Assembly: GCA_963771075.1 (NCBI GenBank)
Contig: CAVYSE010000020.1
Span: 32,001-96,000, forward strand
Length of the DNA: 64,000 bases
Origin: a candidate division FCPU426 bacterium
GTDB lineage: Bacteria; Oederibacteriota; Muellerivitia; Muellerivitales; Muellerivitaceae
Direction of reading: 5' to 3'
The notes under the pieces were generated by a model. It saw only the letters and a program-made list of their open reading frames with translations, searched no databases and had not been told where the DNA came from. The position numbers and the translations under genes are program-made. Below are positions 30,794 through 39,975 of this stretch, piece after piece (the first letter of the stretch is position 1; each line of letters begins with the position of its first letter).

Positions 30794-31657
30794 ATGAAAG
30801 AAGTTTGGACAACCCACAAGGCGATTCAATGGGCGGTACCGCTTTTAAAACAAAGGCAAGTTTGGAATCCCCGGTTTAGCGCGATCAGCTTGGTCGCTCT
30901 AGGATTGGGGGTCGACCCCATTCATCTCCATCTGCAATTCAACCGGCGATTGAAACCGGTCGAACTGAAACGAATCCGGGGATATATCCGTCGGCGGATG
31001 GGCAATGAACCCCTGGAATATATCCTCGGGGAGACGCATTTTTTCGGGTTTCCCTTCAAGGTAACACCGGCGGTGCTAAGGCCCCGGCCTGAAACCGGTC
31101 GGCTGGTGGAATTGGCACTGGATTACCTGGCGACCCTCCCAGAGGAAAAACGCAAGGTCCTGGATTTGGGAACCGGATGCGGTTGTATCGCGGTTTCCGT
31201 CGCCCGATATATTCCCTGCAAGGTTTGGGCGGTGGATATATCGGGGAAGGCATTGGCGGTCGCAAAAGAGAATGCCGATAAGTTGGGTGTCGGGAAGGCC
31301 GTTCAATGGCGGAAGGGAAGCTGGTTTTCGGCCTTGAAAAATACGGATCCGGCGCAATTTCAGGTCATCCTCTGTAATCCGCCTTATATCGCCGGCTTTG
31401 ATAAAAAGATTTTGAATAGGGAAATTACTTCGTATGAGCCGACGGTAGCCGTCTTTGGGGGCATATCGGGCTTGAAACCCTACCAGGAAATAGCACGGGG
31501 GTTCGAAAAATGGCTGTCCCCTGGAGGAAAAGCCTTCTTGGAACTGGAGCCCATTCGGGCGGGGAAGATCAGGTCATTATTTAAGAATCAAGCCCGTAAA
31601 AGCTCATTTGGCATGGATGATTACGGGGTGAAACGGGTTTTGGTTTTGGAAAATTAG
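30794..31657 (+). CDS. prmC: Release-factor glutamine N5-methyltransferase
   Basis: EPLEYILG, LRPRPET, LDLGTGCGCIA, NPPY motifs. Confidence 0.85.
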   Translation: MKEVWTTHKAIQWAVPLLKQRQVWNPRFSAISLVALGLGVDPIHLHLQFNRRLKPVELKRIRGYIRRRMGNEPLEYILGETHFFGFPFKVTPAVLRPRPETGRLVELALDYLATLPEEKRKVLDLGTGCGCIAVSVARYIPCKVWAVDISGKALAVAKENADKLGVGKAVQWRKGSWFSALKNTDPAQFQVILCNPPYIAGFDKKILNREITSYEPTVAVFGGISGLKPYQEIARGFEKWLSPGGKAFLELEPIRAGKIRSLFKNQARKSSFGMDDYGVKRVLVLEN

Positions 31658-31704
31658 ATTTCGGATGTTGAGGTTACCATCATTCGTTTAGAGAACAGTT
31701 ATTT

Positions 31705-31950
31705 TCAAGAAGGAACGAAAACCTCGAGGGGAACCCTCTTGTCGACCTTTCCGTTCTTGCAACGGTAGGTGATCTCCTTGGTGGCTGGGTCGTAATCCAA
31801 CAATGTGACGATTTTGAGTTCGGTCTTTTCCGCCACACTGACCGAGCCCGATAGACCCCTTAAAGGAACCTGTTGATCCTTGGCGTATTTCACGACAACC
31901 TTTTTACCTAACCGGCACACGACCAGCTCGACGGGGATTAATTTTTCCAT
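31705..31950 (-). CDS. Small hypothetical protein
   Basis: 81-aa ORF with GAGG upstream, downstream of HPr on the same strand. Confidence 0.5.
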   Translation of the reverse strand: MEKLIPVELVVCRLGKKVVVKYAKDQQVPLRGLSGSVSVAEKTELKIVTLLDYDPATKEITYRCKNGKVDKRVPLEVFVPS

Positions 31951-32082
31951 TTTGTTCTTTTCCTCGCTTTCCTTGGCGTTACCCGCCCCAAAAACACCCG
32001 ACGAACTATCCTGCGGTCCTGGCTATATCCAAAGCTTGATAAAAGGAAAAACAAATGAAATAGAACGAATGTTTTATATCGG

Positions 32083-32355
32083 CTAATCCCTTTCCCCGAA
32101 TTTATTCAAAAATAAGGCCTGGATCGCCATGGAGGCCTCCGAGGCGTCATCCCCCTCAAAGACGAGCGTCAGTTCTTGCCCATAGCCGGCGGCAAGGGTC
32201 ATCAAATTGATCAGGCTCTTGGCGTTCAGGCTTCCGCTGTTCCTTCGAATCAAGATGCGGCATTTGTATTGGGAGGTCGCCTTGACGAACGTAGCGGCGG
32301 CGCGGATATGAAGACCGAGGCGGTTTAAGACTTTGACAGTTTTGGTGATTTCCAC
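32083..32355 (-). CDS. ptsH: HPr family phosphocarrier protein
   Basis: VLNRLGLHIRAA (His15) and NAKSLINLMTL (Ser46). Confidence 0.88.
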   Translation of the reverse strand: MEITKTVKVLNRLGLHIRAAATFVKATSQYKCRILIRRNSGSLNAKSLINLMTLAAGYGQELTLVFEGDDASEASMAIQALFLNKFGERD

Positions 32356-32748
32356 GGCGTACCCTCGTTAGAAATGTTTTTGGAATAACGGATTGGATAA
32401 TATTTTGAAAGAAGGTCCTGGCGAGAACAACCGCCAGGAAAGCGAATCGACGGATCAATTATAAATCCATAAGAAGAACCGCCAGAAAAAATATTTTTGA
32501 ACCTGCCATTTTAGTTGCAGTTTTTCCGCAACTTTTTTGGCGCGGCTATTTGTGGTGGAAAATACTTTTTCGTGCCACAGGAGCTGGGGTTGAATAGGAC
32601 GAACGGGAGTTAAGGTTTGGCACAACTTATGTTGTGACGAATTAGTAATCATGCAAAGAGCTGTATCTGCAGTGCGTGTGGATTTATCGAGTTGTTCCGT
32701 GAGGATGGGAAGTCTTTTCGGCCATCCGCCTACCTTGGATTCCAATAA

Positions 32749-32937
32749 AATTACAAATCCAGCGCTCTCACCAACGACCGGGTGATTGGGTTCAACGCGA
32801 ATGACGCTACGGTCACGGTTTACACCTCGGCTTATAGCACGACGATCAGCGATCTCGAGGAAAGGGATGTGAATTCGTTGAACCATCTCTATGTAGTCAA
32901 TTTGGGGAACAACCGGATCGTGAAATACACGCTCTAG
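32749..32937 (+). pseudogene. C-terminal remnant of an NHL-repeat protein
   Basis: Start-less frame ...NDRVIGFNAN...DVNSLNHLYVVNLGNNRIVKYTL*, with stops upstream. Confidence 0.5.
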
Positions 32938-33020
32938 ATTGTTTCGACCGGGCACGATAAACCGAACTGACGCTTTAAAAACCTAGTATTCAACCATATG
33001 AAAATTTTATTTGGTGGGGC

Positions 33021-33050
33021 TTGACATTTATTTGGGAAGGGGAGTAATGT
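33021..33050 (+). promoter_or_regulatory. Sigma70-type promoter of the sulfate operon leader
   Basis: TTGACA-N18-TAATGT, ending 12 nt before the first aptamer. Confidence 0.6.
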
Positions 33051-33062
33051 TCCAACATCAAA

Positions 33063-33191
33063 CGCGAGGCTTTAAGGTCCAACTTGCCCCGGCGTTTCCC
33101 GAAAGGGAAGAACAGGGTGCTAAAGCGGTTAAGAGTTTAAGAGATTCTATCTAAACCCGATCCGCCCAAAGTGGACCGGGTTTTTTGTTTT
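33063..33191 (+). promoter_or_regulatory. SAM-II-like riboswitch 1 with intrinsic terminator
   Basis: CGCGAGGCTTTA..TCCAACTTGCCCCGGCG-[hairpin]-AACAGGGTGCTAAAGCGGT; terminator CCCGATCCGC-CCAAA-GTGGACCGGG-T6. Confidence 0.75.
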
Positions 33192-33269
33192 ACACCGAAA
33201 AACCCTTTAAAAACTAAGTTTTGCCCCACTGGTTCCTTGAACTGCGGGGAAGGCAAACATTGTTTGCCA

Positions 33270-33410
33270 CCGGCGAGGCTTTATTAACCTACTTGCCCCG
33301 GCCGGCTTTCGTTGGATGTTTCAACGGAGGGAACAGGGACTAAAGCGGTGGAAGATTATTGGAACAACCATAATCCCAAACCGCTGAAGCAAACGGTCTG
33401 GGATTTTTTT
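33270..33410 (+). promoter_or_regulatory. SAM-II-like riboswitch 2 with intrinsic terminator
   Basis: CGGCGAGGCTTTA..ACCTACTTGCCCCGGCCG-[hairpin]-AACAGGGACTAAAGCGGT; terminator AATCCCAAACCG...CGGTCTGGGA-T7. Confidence 0.75.
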
Positions 33411-33465
33411 ATTCCTAGAAGTTTCGATGTGGGGAGGATTGAGCAGTAAAAAGTTCAATTTTGTA

Positions 33466-33723
33466 CGGCGGGATTTAACAGGCGGTGAAAAAGCCTTCAA
33501 CCGGCTTTTTCTTTCTAGTGTGCGGGTCGCAGGCGACCCGTCCTAGCCCCTGGCTTTTACGGAACGTTACCAATCGCGGTTTTGGATGGTAACCCCCTGA
33601 AAGCACCAACTTGCCCCGGCCGGATTCGTTCCAGCTTTTGGAATGGACAAACAGGGAGCTAAAGCGGTATCGCGATGAAGACTTTTTCATCCCGGCCCGC
33701 TTAAGCAGTGGGGCCGGGTTTAT
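33466..33723 (+). promoter_or_regulatory. SAM-II-like riboswitch 3 (long-loop variant) with terminator-like hairpin
   Basis: CGGCGGGATTTAAC-[~125 nt, 3 hairpins]-ACCAACTTGCCCCGGCCG-[hairpin]-AACAGGGAGCTAAAGCGGT; hairpin CCCGGCCC...GGGCCGGG-TTTAT. Confidence 0.7.
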
Positions 33724-33783
33724 GGCCCCGGGTGAACTGGACACCTTAAAAACCCATTAAATTTTTTAAAAAAGGGGCTAAAA

Positions 33784-35265
33784 ATGAAAAAGTTATTCGC
33801 TTATTGGTTGGTATTACTGGCGGGTTTATTCCTGACGACCGCCAGGGTTGGCGCGCAGGAACCATCTTCGGTTGGGAATTCGAAGCAGGATGCTCCTTCG
33901 ACGGATACCCCGGCGGCGGTCTCGGCTTCGGATATCGAAGCCCTGAACAACCGGCTCAACGCCCTGGAAAAGGGATCGGTCGTGTTGTCCACCGAGCATA
34001 ATTACCTCGATATTGGCACCCAAAAGGGCGATATCGTCTTTAAGATCGGCGCGGTAGTGCAGGGGGATTACCGGTCCTATTTCTACCCGGCTTCCAGTTA
34101 TGACGACAACCTGCCGATTGGGGCTGCGGGCGGCGGTGTCACGAATTTTGAGGAGGGGGCGACGGCGGCTTCGGTCAACAAATCCAGCAGTACCTTCCTG
34201 GACCGCAAGGTCCGGTTGGACCTGGTTGCCCTCTTTGACCAGACTGTGGGTTTGCGATACCAGGCCGAATTTGGCGCCACGGGTTACGCCATCCAGGACG
34301 CCTACGCCTTCGTAAAGGCGGACCCGGCTTTCCAATTCCAACTGGGAAAGTTCAAGGTGCCTATCGGCCTGGAACGCCTGCAAAACGACACGGATACTCT
34401 TTTTGCCGAGCGCGCCCTGCCCACCGACCTGGTCCCCAACCGTGACCTGGGCGGCCTTATCGGCGGGTCGGTTCATAATTACGCCCTCTACGCGGTGGCC
34501 TTGACCAACGGGACGCCCGACAATTACACGCCCAACAACGCCGACGACCAAAGCCTGACCGGCGGTAAGGAATTATCGGGAAGGGTTTTCCTGACGCCTT
34601 TCCAACCCACCGATTCCTTTCTCAAGAACCTTGGGGTTGGAATCTCGGGGTCCTGGGCCTGGAACGTGAGTTGGAACAGCAACGCCTATCCCAATTATTT
34701 CGTCACCTCCCTGGGCCAACAGCAATTCTTCGCCTATCGGACGGGCGTTTCCCCCCAGGGCGATTTTTACCACCTATCCCCCCAGGGCTACTTTTATAAC
34801 GGTCCCTTCGGATTGTTGGGAGAGTATGTCCAGTCCACCCAGAACGTCGGGACCTCCGCCAAGACTTCCGTGAGCCTCAATAACCAGGCCTTCCTGTTGC
34901 AGGCTTCATGGGTTATTGGCGGGAGGGCTTCCTACCAAGGCGCGGTCGCGGATAATGACTTGGATCTTTCCAAGGGCCGTTGGGGTGCTTTGGAGGTGGG
35001 CTTTCGGGTGCACCAATTGACCATCGACCCGAATGCCTTTAGCGCCACGGAAGCCTCGGATGTGGCGGCCACCAATTCGGCCCAGCAGGCCACGGCTTAC
35101 GGCGCGGGTTTGAACTGGATTTTCGACCCCCATTTCAAGCTGGTCTTCGATTGGGAGGAAACGGATTTCGTGGAAGGGACCCAGGTGACACCGAACATTA
35201 CCGGCACCGTTACGACCCTGCATCCCGAGGATGTTTTCACCATCCGGGCCCAGGCCAACATTTAA
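33784..35265 (+). CDS. OprO/OprP-family anion-selective porin, probably for sulfate
   Basis: Signal peptide, [13 protein letters not shown]...[26 protein letters not shown] motifs; first gene of the sulfate operon. Confidence 0.8.
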   Translation: MKKLFAYWLVLLAGLFLTTARVGAQEPSSVGNSKQDAPSTDTPAAVSASDIEALNNRLNALEKGSVVLSTEHNYLDIGTQKGDIVFKIGAVVQGDYRSYFYPASSYDDNLPIGAAGGGVTNFEEGATAASVNKSSSTFLDRKVRLDLVALFDQTVGLRYQAEFGATGYAIQDAYAFVKADPAFQFQLGKFKVPIGLERLQNDTDTLFAERALPTDLVPNRDLGGLIGGSVHNYALYAVALTNGTPDNYTPNNADDQSLTGGKELSGRVFLTPFQPTDSFLKNLGVGISGSWAWNVSWNSNAYPNYFVTSLGQQQFFAYRTGVSPQGDFYHLSPQGYFYNGPFGLLGEYVQSTQNVGTSAKTSVSLNNQAFLLQASWVIGGRASYQGAVADNDLDLSKGRWGALEVGFRVHQLTIDPNAFSATEASDVAATNSAQQATAYGAGLNWIFDPHFKLVFDWEETDFVEGTQVTPNITGTVTTLHPEDVFTIRAQANI

Positions 35266-35282
35266 ATAATAAGGAGAAAAAC

Positions 35283-36311
35283 ATGAAAAAAATAAATCTT
35301 AGTCTCGGATTGCTGATGGGTCTTACCGCCGCTTCCTGGGTTTATGCCCAGGAGGCCCCAGTCGGGAAAACGGGGGGCGCGGTTAGGATTCTCAACGTGT
35401 CCTACGACCCTACGAGGGAATTTTACGCGGATTACGACAAGGTTTTCGCCGGCTACTGGAAAAAGAAAACGGGGCAGGATGTGACCGTGGACCTTTCCAA
35501 CGGGGGATCGGGCAAGCAGGCCCGGGCCATTATTGACGGCCTGGAAGCCGATGTGGCGACTTTGGGGCTTTCGGGCGATATCGACGCCATCGCGGCCAAA
35601 GCCCAGCTGCTTCCCGACGATTGGGAAAGCCGGTTGCCCGACCATAGCGCCCCCTATACCTCCACCATTGTTCTTTTGGTGCGCAAGGGGAACCCCAAGG
35701 CCATTAAGGATTGGGACGACCTGGTGAAACCCGGGGTGGCCGTGATCACTCCGAACCCGAAAACTTCCGGCGGCGGCCGATGGAACTTTCTGGCCGCCTG
35801 GGGATGGGCTCTTTCCAAATATGGAACGGAGGATAAAGCCAGGGAATTTGTAGGCAAGATCTACAAGAATGTCCCGGTGTTGGATTCAGGCGCGCGGGGT
35901 TCCACCACCACTTTTGCTGAAAGGGGCCTGGGAGACGTTTTGATCGCTTGGGAAAACGAGGCCTACCTGGCCGTCAACCAGTTGGGGAAGGACCAATTCG
36001 AGATTGTTTATCCATCCTCCAGCATTTTGGCCGAACCTTCAGTGGCCTGGGTGGACAAGAACGCCGCGAAACACGGTACGACCGAGGTGGCGGAGGCCTA
36101 CCTGAAATATCTCTACAACCCCGTGGGGCAGGACGTCATAGCCCGCAACTACTACCGGCCCCGGTCTAAAAAGGTCGAGGAGAAATACCGCAGCCAGTTT
36201 CCCGTGATCAAGCTCTTTACCGTCAACAAGGTGTTCGGTGGTTGGAAAAAAGCCCAGCCCGCCTATTTCAACGACGGCGGGGTCTTTGACCAAATCTACC
36301 AACCTAAATGA
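35283..36311 (+). CDS. sbp: Sulfate ABC transporter substrate-binding protein
   Basis: [48 protein letters not shown] before ATG 35283. Confidence 0.95.
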   Translation: MKKINLSLGLLMGLTAASWVYAQEAPVGKTGGAVRILNVSYDPTREFYADYDKVFAGYWKKKTGQDVTVDLSNGGSGKQARAIIDGLEADVATLGLSGDIDAIAAKAQLLPDDWESRLPDHSAPYTSTIVLLVRKGNPKAIKDWDDLVKPGVAVITPNPKTSGGGRWNFLAAWGWALSKYGTEDKAREFVGKIYKNVPVLDSGARGSTTTFAERGLGDVLIAWENEAYLAVNQLGKDQFEIVYPSSSILAEPSVAWVDKNAAKHGTTEVAEAYLKYLYNPVGQDVIARNYYRPRSKKVEEKYRSQFPVIKLFTVNKVFGGWKKAQPAYFNDGGVFDQIYQPK

Positions 36312-36454
36312 ACCAGTTGGCAGTCCACAGTTCGCAGTTCGCAGTCAAGCGGGTAACACCCTATTCCCCATGGAGTCTTTATCGAAGGGGTTATTTTCGG
36401 GAAGCCGGTTCATTGGGGGCCGGCTTTTCCCCAAACCAAAAAGGGTTGGAATCC

Positions 36455-36733
36455 ATGGCCATCATCGAATCCATACCGGTATTAAACCGCTTAGGGCTTC
36501 ATCTGCGGGCTGGGGCCGAATTGGTCAGGACTTGTTCCCGGTTCCAATGCCAGGTGAGGGTGGGGCATGGCGGAAGGTCGGCCAACGCGAAAAGCCTGAT
36601 CCAACTCTTAACCCTCGGCGCCCTTTATGGTACGGTACTGGAGTTTTCGGCCCAGGGCGAGGACGCACCGGAGGCCATCAGGGCGATCCAAAAGTTATTG
36701 AAATCTTGGGAGGAGTTGGAAATTGACGAATAA
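36455..36733 (+). CDS. HPr family phosphocarrier protein inside the sulfate operon
   Basis: VLNRLGLHLRAG, NAKSLIQLLTLG, GEDA..A; start reassigned to ATG 36455. Confidence 0.85.
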   Translation: MAIIESIPVLNRLGLHLRAGAELVRTCSRFQCQVRVGHGGRSANAKSLIQLLTLGALYGTVLEFSAQGEDAPEAIRAIQKLLKSWEELEIDE

Positions 36734-36742
36734 CAAATCATC

Positions 36743-37024
36743 TTTCACCACCAAACACTTCGGCCCGCAACCGAAGTGTCGATGACCAAGGCACCAAGAA
36801 CAACAAAGCCAATTAGATTAGGAACAACCGAAACAAAGGAATTGGGTTAGAACCGATAACAAAACTAAGATGTAATATTAACCACTAAGGCTCAAAGACA
36901 CCAAGTAAAGCAAAAGGTTTGGATTTACTTCGTTTTTCTTCTGCCAATCTAACGAAGTTCTTGGTGCCTTGGTGTCTTGGTGGTGAAAAAGAGAGTTAAG
37001 TGACTTGGCGTCTTGGTGGTGAAA
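36743..37024. repeat. Inverted-repeat (MITE/REP-like) element built of CACCAAG 8-mer units
   Basis: Perfect 17-bp IR 36785-36801/36957-36973; TTTCACCACCAA at 36743 vs TTGGTGGTGAAA at 36977 and 37013. Confidence 0.7.
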
Positions 37025-37042
37025 AATTTTAGGTGGTATTAA

Positions 37043-37870
37043 ATGAATTCTAAATCTCCTGGTGTACTCCCGGGGTTCCGTCTCTCCATGGGCTACACCC
37101 TTTTTTACCTGGGCCTCATTGTTTTGATCCCCCTGGGGGCGATGGTATTAAAAACCACCCAGCTCACCTGGGTACAGTTCCTGGCGACGGTCCTGAGTCC
37201 CCGCGTACTGGCTTCTTTTCGGCTGACTTTCGGGTGTTCCATCATTGGGGCGGCCATCAATTCGGTTTTCGGGGCCGTCGTGGCCTGGGTCCTGGTCCGC
37301 TATACCTTTCCCGGGAAACGGCTTTTCGACGCCCTAGTGGACCTTCCTTTCGCCTTGCCCACGGCCGTGGCCGGCATCACCCTGACAGAACTCTATTCCC
37401 CCCAAGGTTGGATCGGCCGTTGGCTGATTCCCCTGGGTATCAAGGTGGCCTATACCCCCCTGGGTGTGGCGGTGGCCTTGACCTTTATAGGCCTTCCTTT
37501 CGTGGTCCGGACCCTTCAACCGGTCCTTGAGACGATGGATAAGGATATGGAGGAAGCGGCGGTCAGTTTAGGGGCGAACCGCTTTACGATCATTACCAAG
37601 GTGATTTTGCCCAGTCTCGTACCTGCCTGGATCACCGGGTTTTCCCTCGCATTCGCCAGGGCGGTGGGGGAGTACGGTTCGGTCGTGTTTATCTCGGGAA
37701 ACATGCCCATGAAGACCGAAATTACGCCCTTACTTATCATCTCAAAACTGGAACAATACGATTACGCCGGGGCCACGGCCCTGGGGGTGGTGATGCTGGT
37801 GATTTCATTTGCCATGCTGTTGACGGTGAATTGGCTTCAGGCCAAAACAGGCAAGCATCGAATCCATTAA
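37043..37870 (+). CDS. cysT: Sulfate ABC transporter permease CysT
   Basis: VLPGF, DLPFALPTAVAGI, EEAA, GEYGSVVFISGNMP. Confidence 0.95.
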   Translation: MNSKSPGVLPGFRLSMGYTLFYLGLIVLIPLGAMVLKTTQLTWVQFLATVLSPRVLASFRLTFGCSIIGAAINSVFGAVVAWVLVRYTFPGKRLFDALVDLPFALPTAVAGITLTELYSPQGWIGRWLIPLGIKVAYTPLGVAVALTFIGLPFVVRTLQPVLETMDKDMEEAAVSLGANRFTIITKVILPSLVPAWITGFSLAFARAVGEYGSVVFISGNMPMKTEITPLLIISKLEQYDYAGATALGVVMLVISFAMLLTVNWLQAKTGKHRIH

Positions 37871-37887
37871 CATTAAAAGAGGAAGAT

Positions 37888-38802
37888 TTGACTCGAGAAA
37901 CGATTATTGTTATTTCTAAAGGAAATCGCGCCTCGCTGGACCCCAATCGGGGTATGACCGAGCCGGGATGGGTGAAGTTTACCCTGATCGGGATCTCCCT
38001 CCTGTTTTTAGGGCTTTTTTTGGTGATACCTTTGGCGGAAGTGTTTGTTTCGGCGCTCCAGAAGGGGATCGGCTTTTATTTCGACGCGATCCGGGACCCG
38101 GCCGCCCTTTCGGCCTTGAGGTTGACTCTCCTCACCGCGTTTTTCTCCGTTTTTTTCAATTTGATCTTCGGGTTGGCTTCAGCCTGGGCCATCACGCGGT
38201 TCGAATTTCCCGGCAAAAACCTGCTTATCACCTTGATCGACTTGCCTTTCACCGTCTCCCCGGTCGTGTCTGGCCTGATCTACGTGCTGCTCTTCGGTTT
38301 ACAAGGCTACCTTGGGCCCTGGGTCTTGTCCCACGGAATCCACATTATCTTCGCAGCGCCCGGTATCATCCTGGCCACGATTTTCGTGACCTTTCCCTTC
38401 GTGTCTAGGGAACTGATTCCCTTGATGCAGGAACTGGGCTCGGAAGAGGAACAAGCGGCTTTGGTTTTGGGTGCGAACGGATGGCAAATTTTTTGGCGGG
38501 TAACCTTGCCCAATATCCAGTGGGGCCTTCTCTATGGGGTCATTCTTTGTAACGCCAGGGCAATGGGGGAATTTGGGGCGGTATCGGTGGTTTCGGGCCA
38601 CATCCGGGGACTGACCAACACCCTGCCCTTGCATGTGGAAATTCTCTATAACGAATACAATTTTACGGCCGCTTTCGCAGTCGCTTCCTTATTGACCTTT
38701 TTGGCGCTGGTGACCCTGGTCGCCAAGGCGATCGTTGGCGCCCGCACCGTGCAAGAGAGGGAAATCCTTCCCATCTCCCATGAAAGCGAGCCTGCCCTAT
38801 GA
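37888..38802 (+). CDS. cysW: Sulfate ABC transporter permease CysW
   Basis: DLPFTVSPVVSG, RELIPLMQ, NARAMGEFGAVSVVSGHIRG; start uncertain (37888 or 37954). Confidence 0.95.
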   Translation: MTRETIIVISKGNRASLDPNRGMTEPGWVKFTLIGISLLFLGLFLVIPLAEVFVSALQKGIGFYFDAIRDPAALSALRLTLLTAFFSVFFNLIFGLASAWAITRFEFPGKNLLITLIDLPFTVSPVVSGLIYVLLFGLQGYLGPWVLSHGIHIIFAAPGIILATIFVTFPFVSRELIPLMQELGSEEEQAALVLGANGWQIFWRVTLPNIQWGLLYGVILCNARAMGEFGAVSVVSGHIRGLTNTLPLHVEILYNEYNFTAAFAVASLLTFLALVTLVAKAIVGARTVQEREILPISHESEPAL

Positions 38803-39842
38803 GTATCGAAGTCCGGGGGATCTCAAAAACCTTTAACGGTTTTCAAGCCGTGCGGGATGTCAGCCTGAAACTGGAAAGCGGGTCCCTGACCGCCCTGCTG
38901 GGCCCCTCGGGCTCGGGGAAAAGCACCCTGCTTCGCATGATCGCCGGGTTGGAAACCCCCAATTCGGGCGAGATCCACTTGACCGGCCGGGAAGCCACCT
39001 ATATTTCAGCTAAGGAACGCAATGTCGGGTTTGTTTTCCAGCATTACGCCCTTTTCAAGCACATGACCATCTTCGAAAACATCGCCTTCGGTTTAAGGGT
39101 CCGTAAATATGCGGAGAAGGACATCAAGGACAGGGTTTTCGAACTCCTCAGTCTTATCCAACTACAGGGCCTGGAAAACCGGTATCCATCCCAGCTTTCG
39201 GGAGGCCAGCGCCAAAGGGTGGCGGTCGCCCGCGCCCTTGCGCCTCGGCCGGAGGTTTTGCTATTGGACGAGCCCTTTGGGGCTTTGGACGCCAAGGTAC
39301 GGGAAGAATTAAGGGAGTGGATTTTAAAGCTCCACGAGGAAACCAACGTGACGACCCTTTTCGTGACTCACGACCAAAATGAGGCGCTGGAAGTGGCGGG
39401 CCGAATTCTGATTATGAACCAGGGAAGGATTGAGCAAGATGGCACTCCGCTTGAAATCTTCGACCAGCCAGCCACCCATTTCATCGCCCAGTTCGTGGGG
39501 GAGACCAACTATATTGACACGAAAATTAGCGAGAAGGGTTTGGCGGTGTGGGGGCCTTTCCGATTCATGGTTACCCCCTTCTTTAAATTGGGGCAGAAAG
39601 TGCGTATTTATTTTCGCCCCAATGACGTTTACATGACCGCTCAATTTGAGACCCTGCAGGTGAAGGCCAAGGTGCTTTCTATCCGTTTCAAGGGAACGAT
39701 GATGGAATACAAACTCGACGTGGGGGAAGAAAAGCAAATTATCGCTCAGGTACCCAAGGGCGTGGCCTTGGCCAGCGGGTTTTCCGAGGGGGCGGAGGTA
39801 TTCGCCGCCATTACCGCCTTCCACGTTTTTCCGCTGGATTAG
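38799..39842 (+). CDS. cysA: Sulfate ABC transporter ATP-binding protein
   Basis: GPSGSGKST, LSGGQRQR, LLLDEPFGALDAKVR, TOBE-like end. Confidence 0.95.
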   Translation: MSIEVRGISKTFNGFQAVRDVSLKLESGSLTALLGPSGSGKSTLLRMIAGLETPNSGEIHLTGREATYISAKERNVGFVFQHYALFKHMTIFENIAFGLRVRKYAEKDIKDRVFELLSLIQLQGLENRYPSQLSGGQRQRVAVARALAPRPEVLLLDEPFGALDAKVREELREWILKLHEETNVTTLFVTHDQNEALEVAGRILIMNQGRIEQDGTPLEIFDQPATHFIAQFVGETNYIDTKISEKGLAVWGPFRFMVTPFFKLGQKVRIYFRPNDVYMTAQFETLQVKAKVLSIRFKGTMMEYKLDVGEEKQIIAQVPKGVALASGFSEGAEVFAAITAFHVFPLD

Positions 39843-39975
39843 GAATTCTTGATAACCCCTCCACTGGGGGTTGTGTTAGTCCTTAAAAATGTGTAATTTC
39901 ATAGGCCTTTAACGTAGAGGCTGGACTTTCCCGGGCGAAAAACCCAGGTTTAACCAAGACTATTATGGGGAGAAT

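Noticed and set aside
32455..32955. 166-aa minus-strand ORF
   Set aside because: No recognisable features; it overlaps antisense to an NHL remnant
33063..33723. T-box, SAM-I or CRISPR interpretation of the three repeats
   Set aside because: No T-box GGTGG.ACC motif, no SAM-I ATC/AGAG core, irregular spacing and no cas genes; SAM-II features fit better
36308..36454. N-terminal extension of HPr given by the ORF track
   Set aside because: It derives from a 7-mer repeat tract; HPr homology begins at ATG 36455
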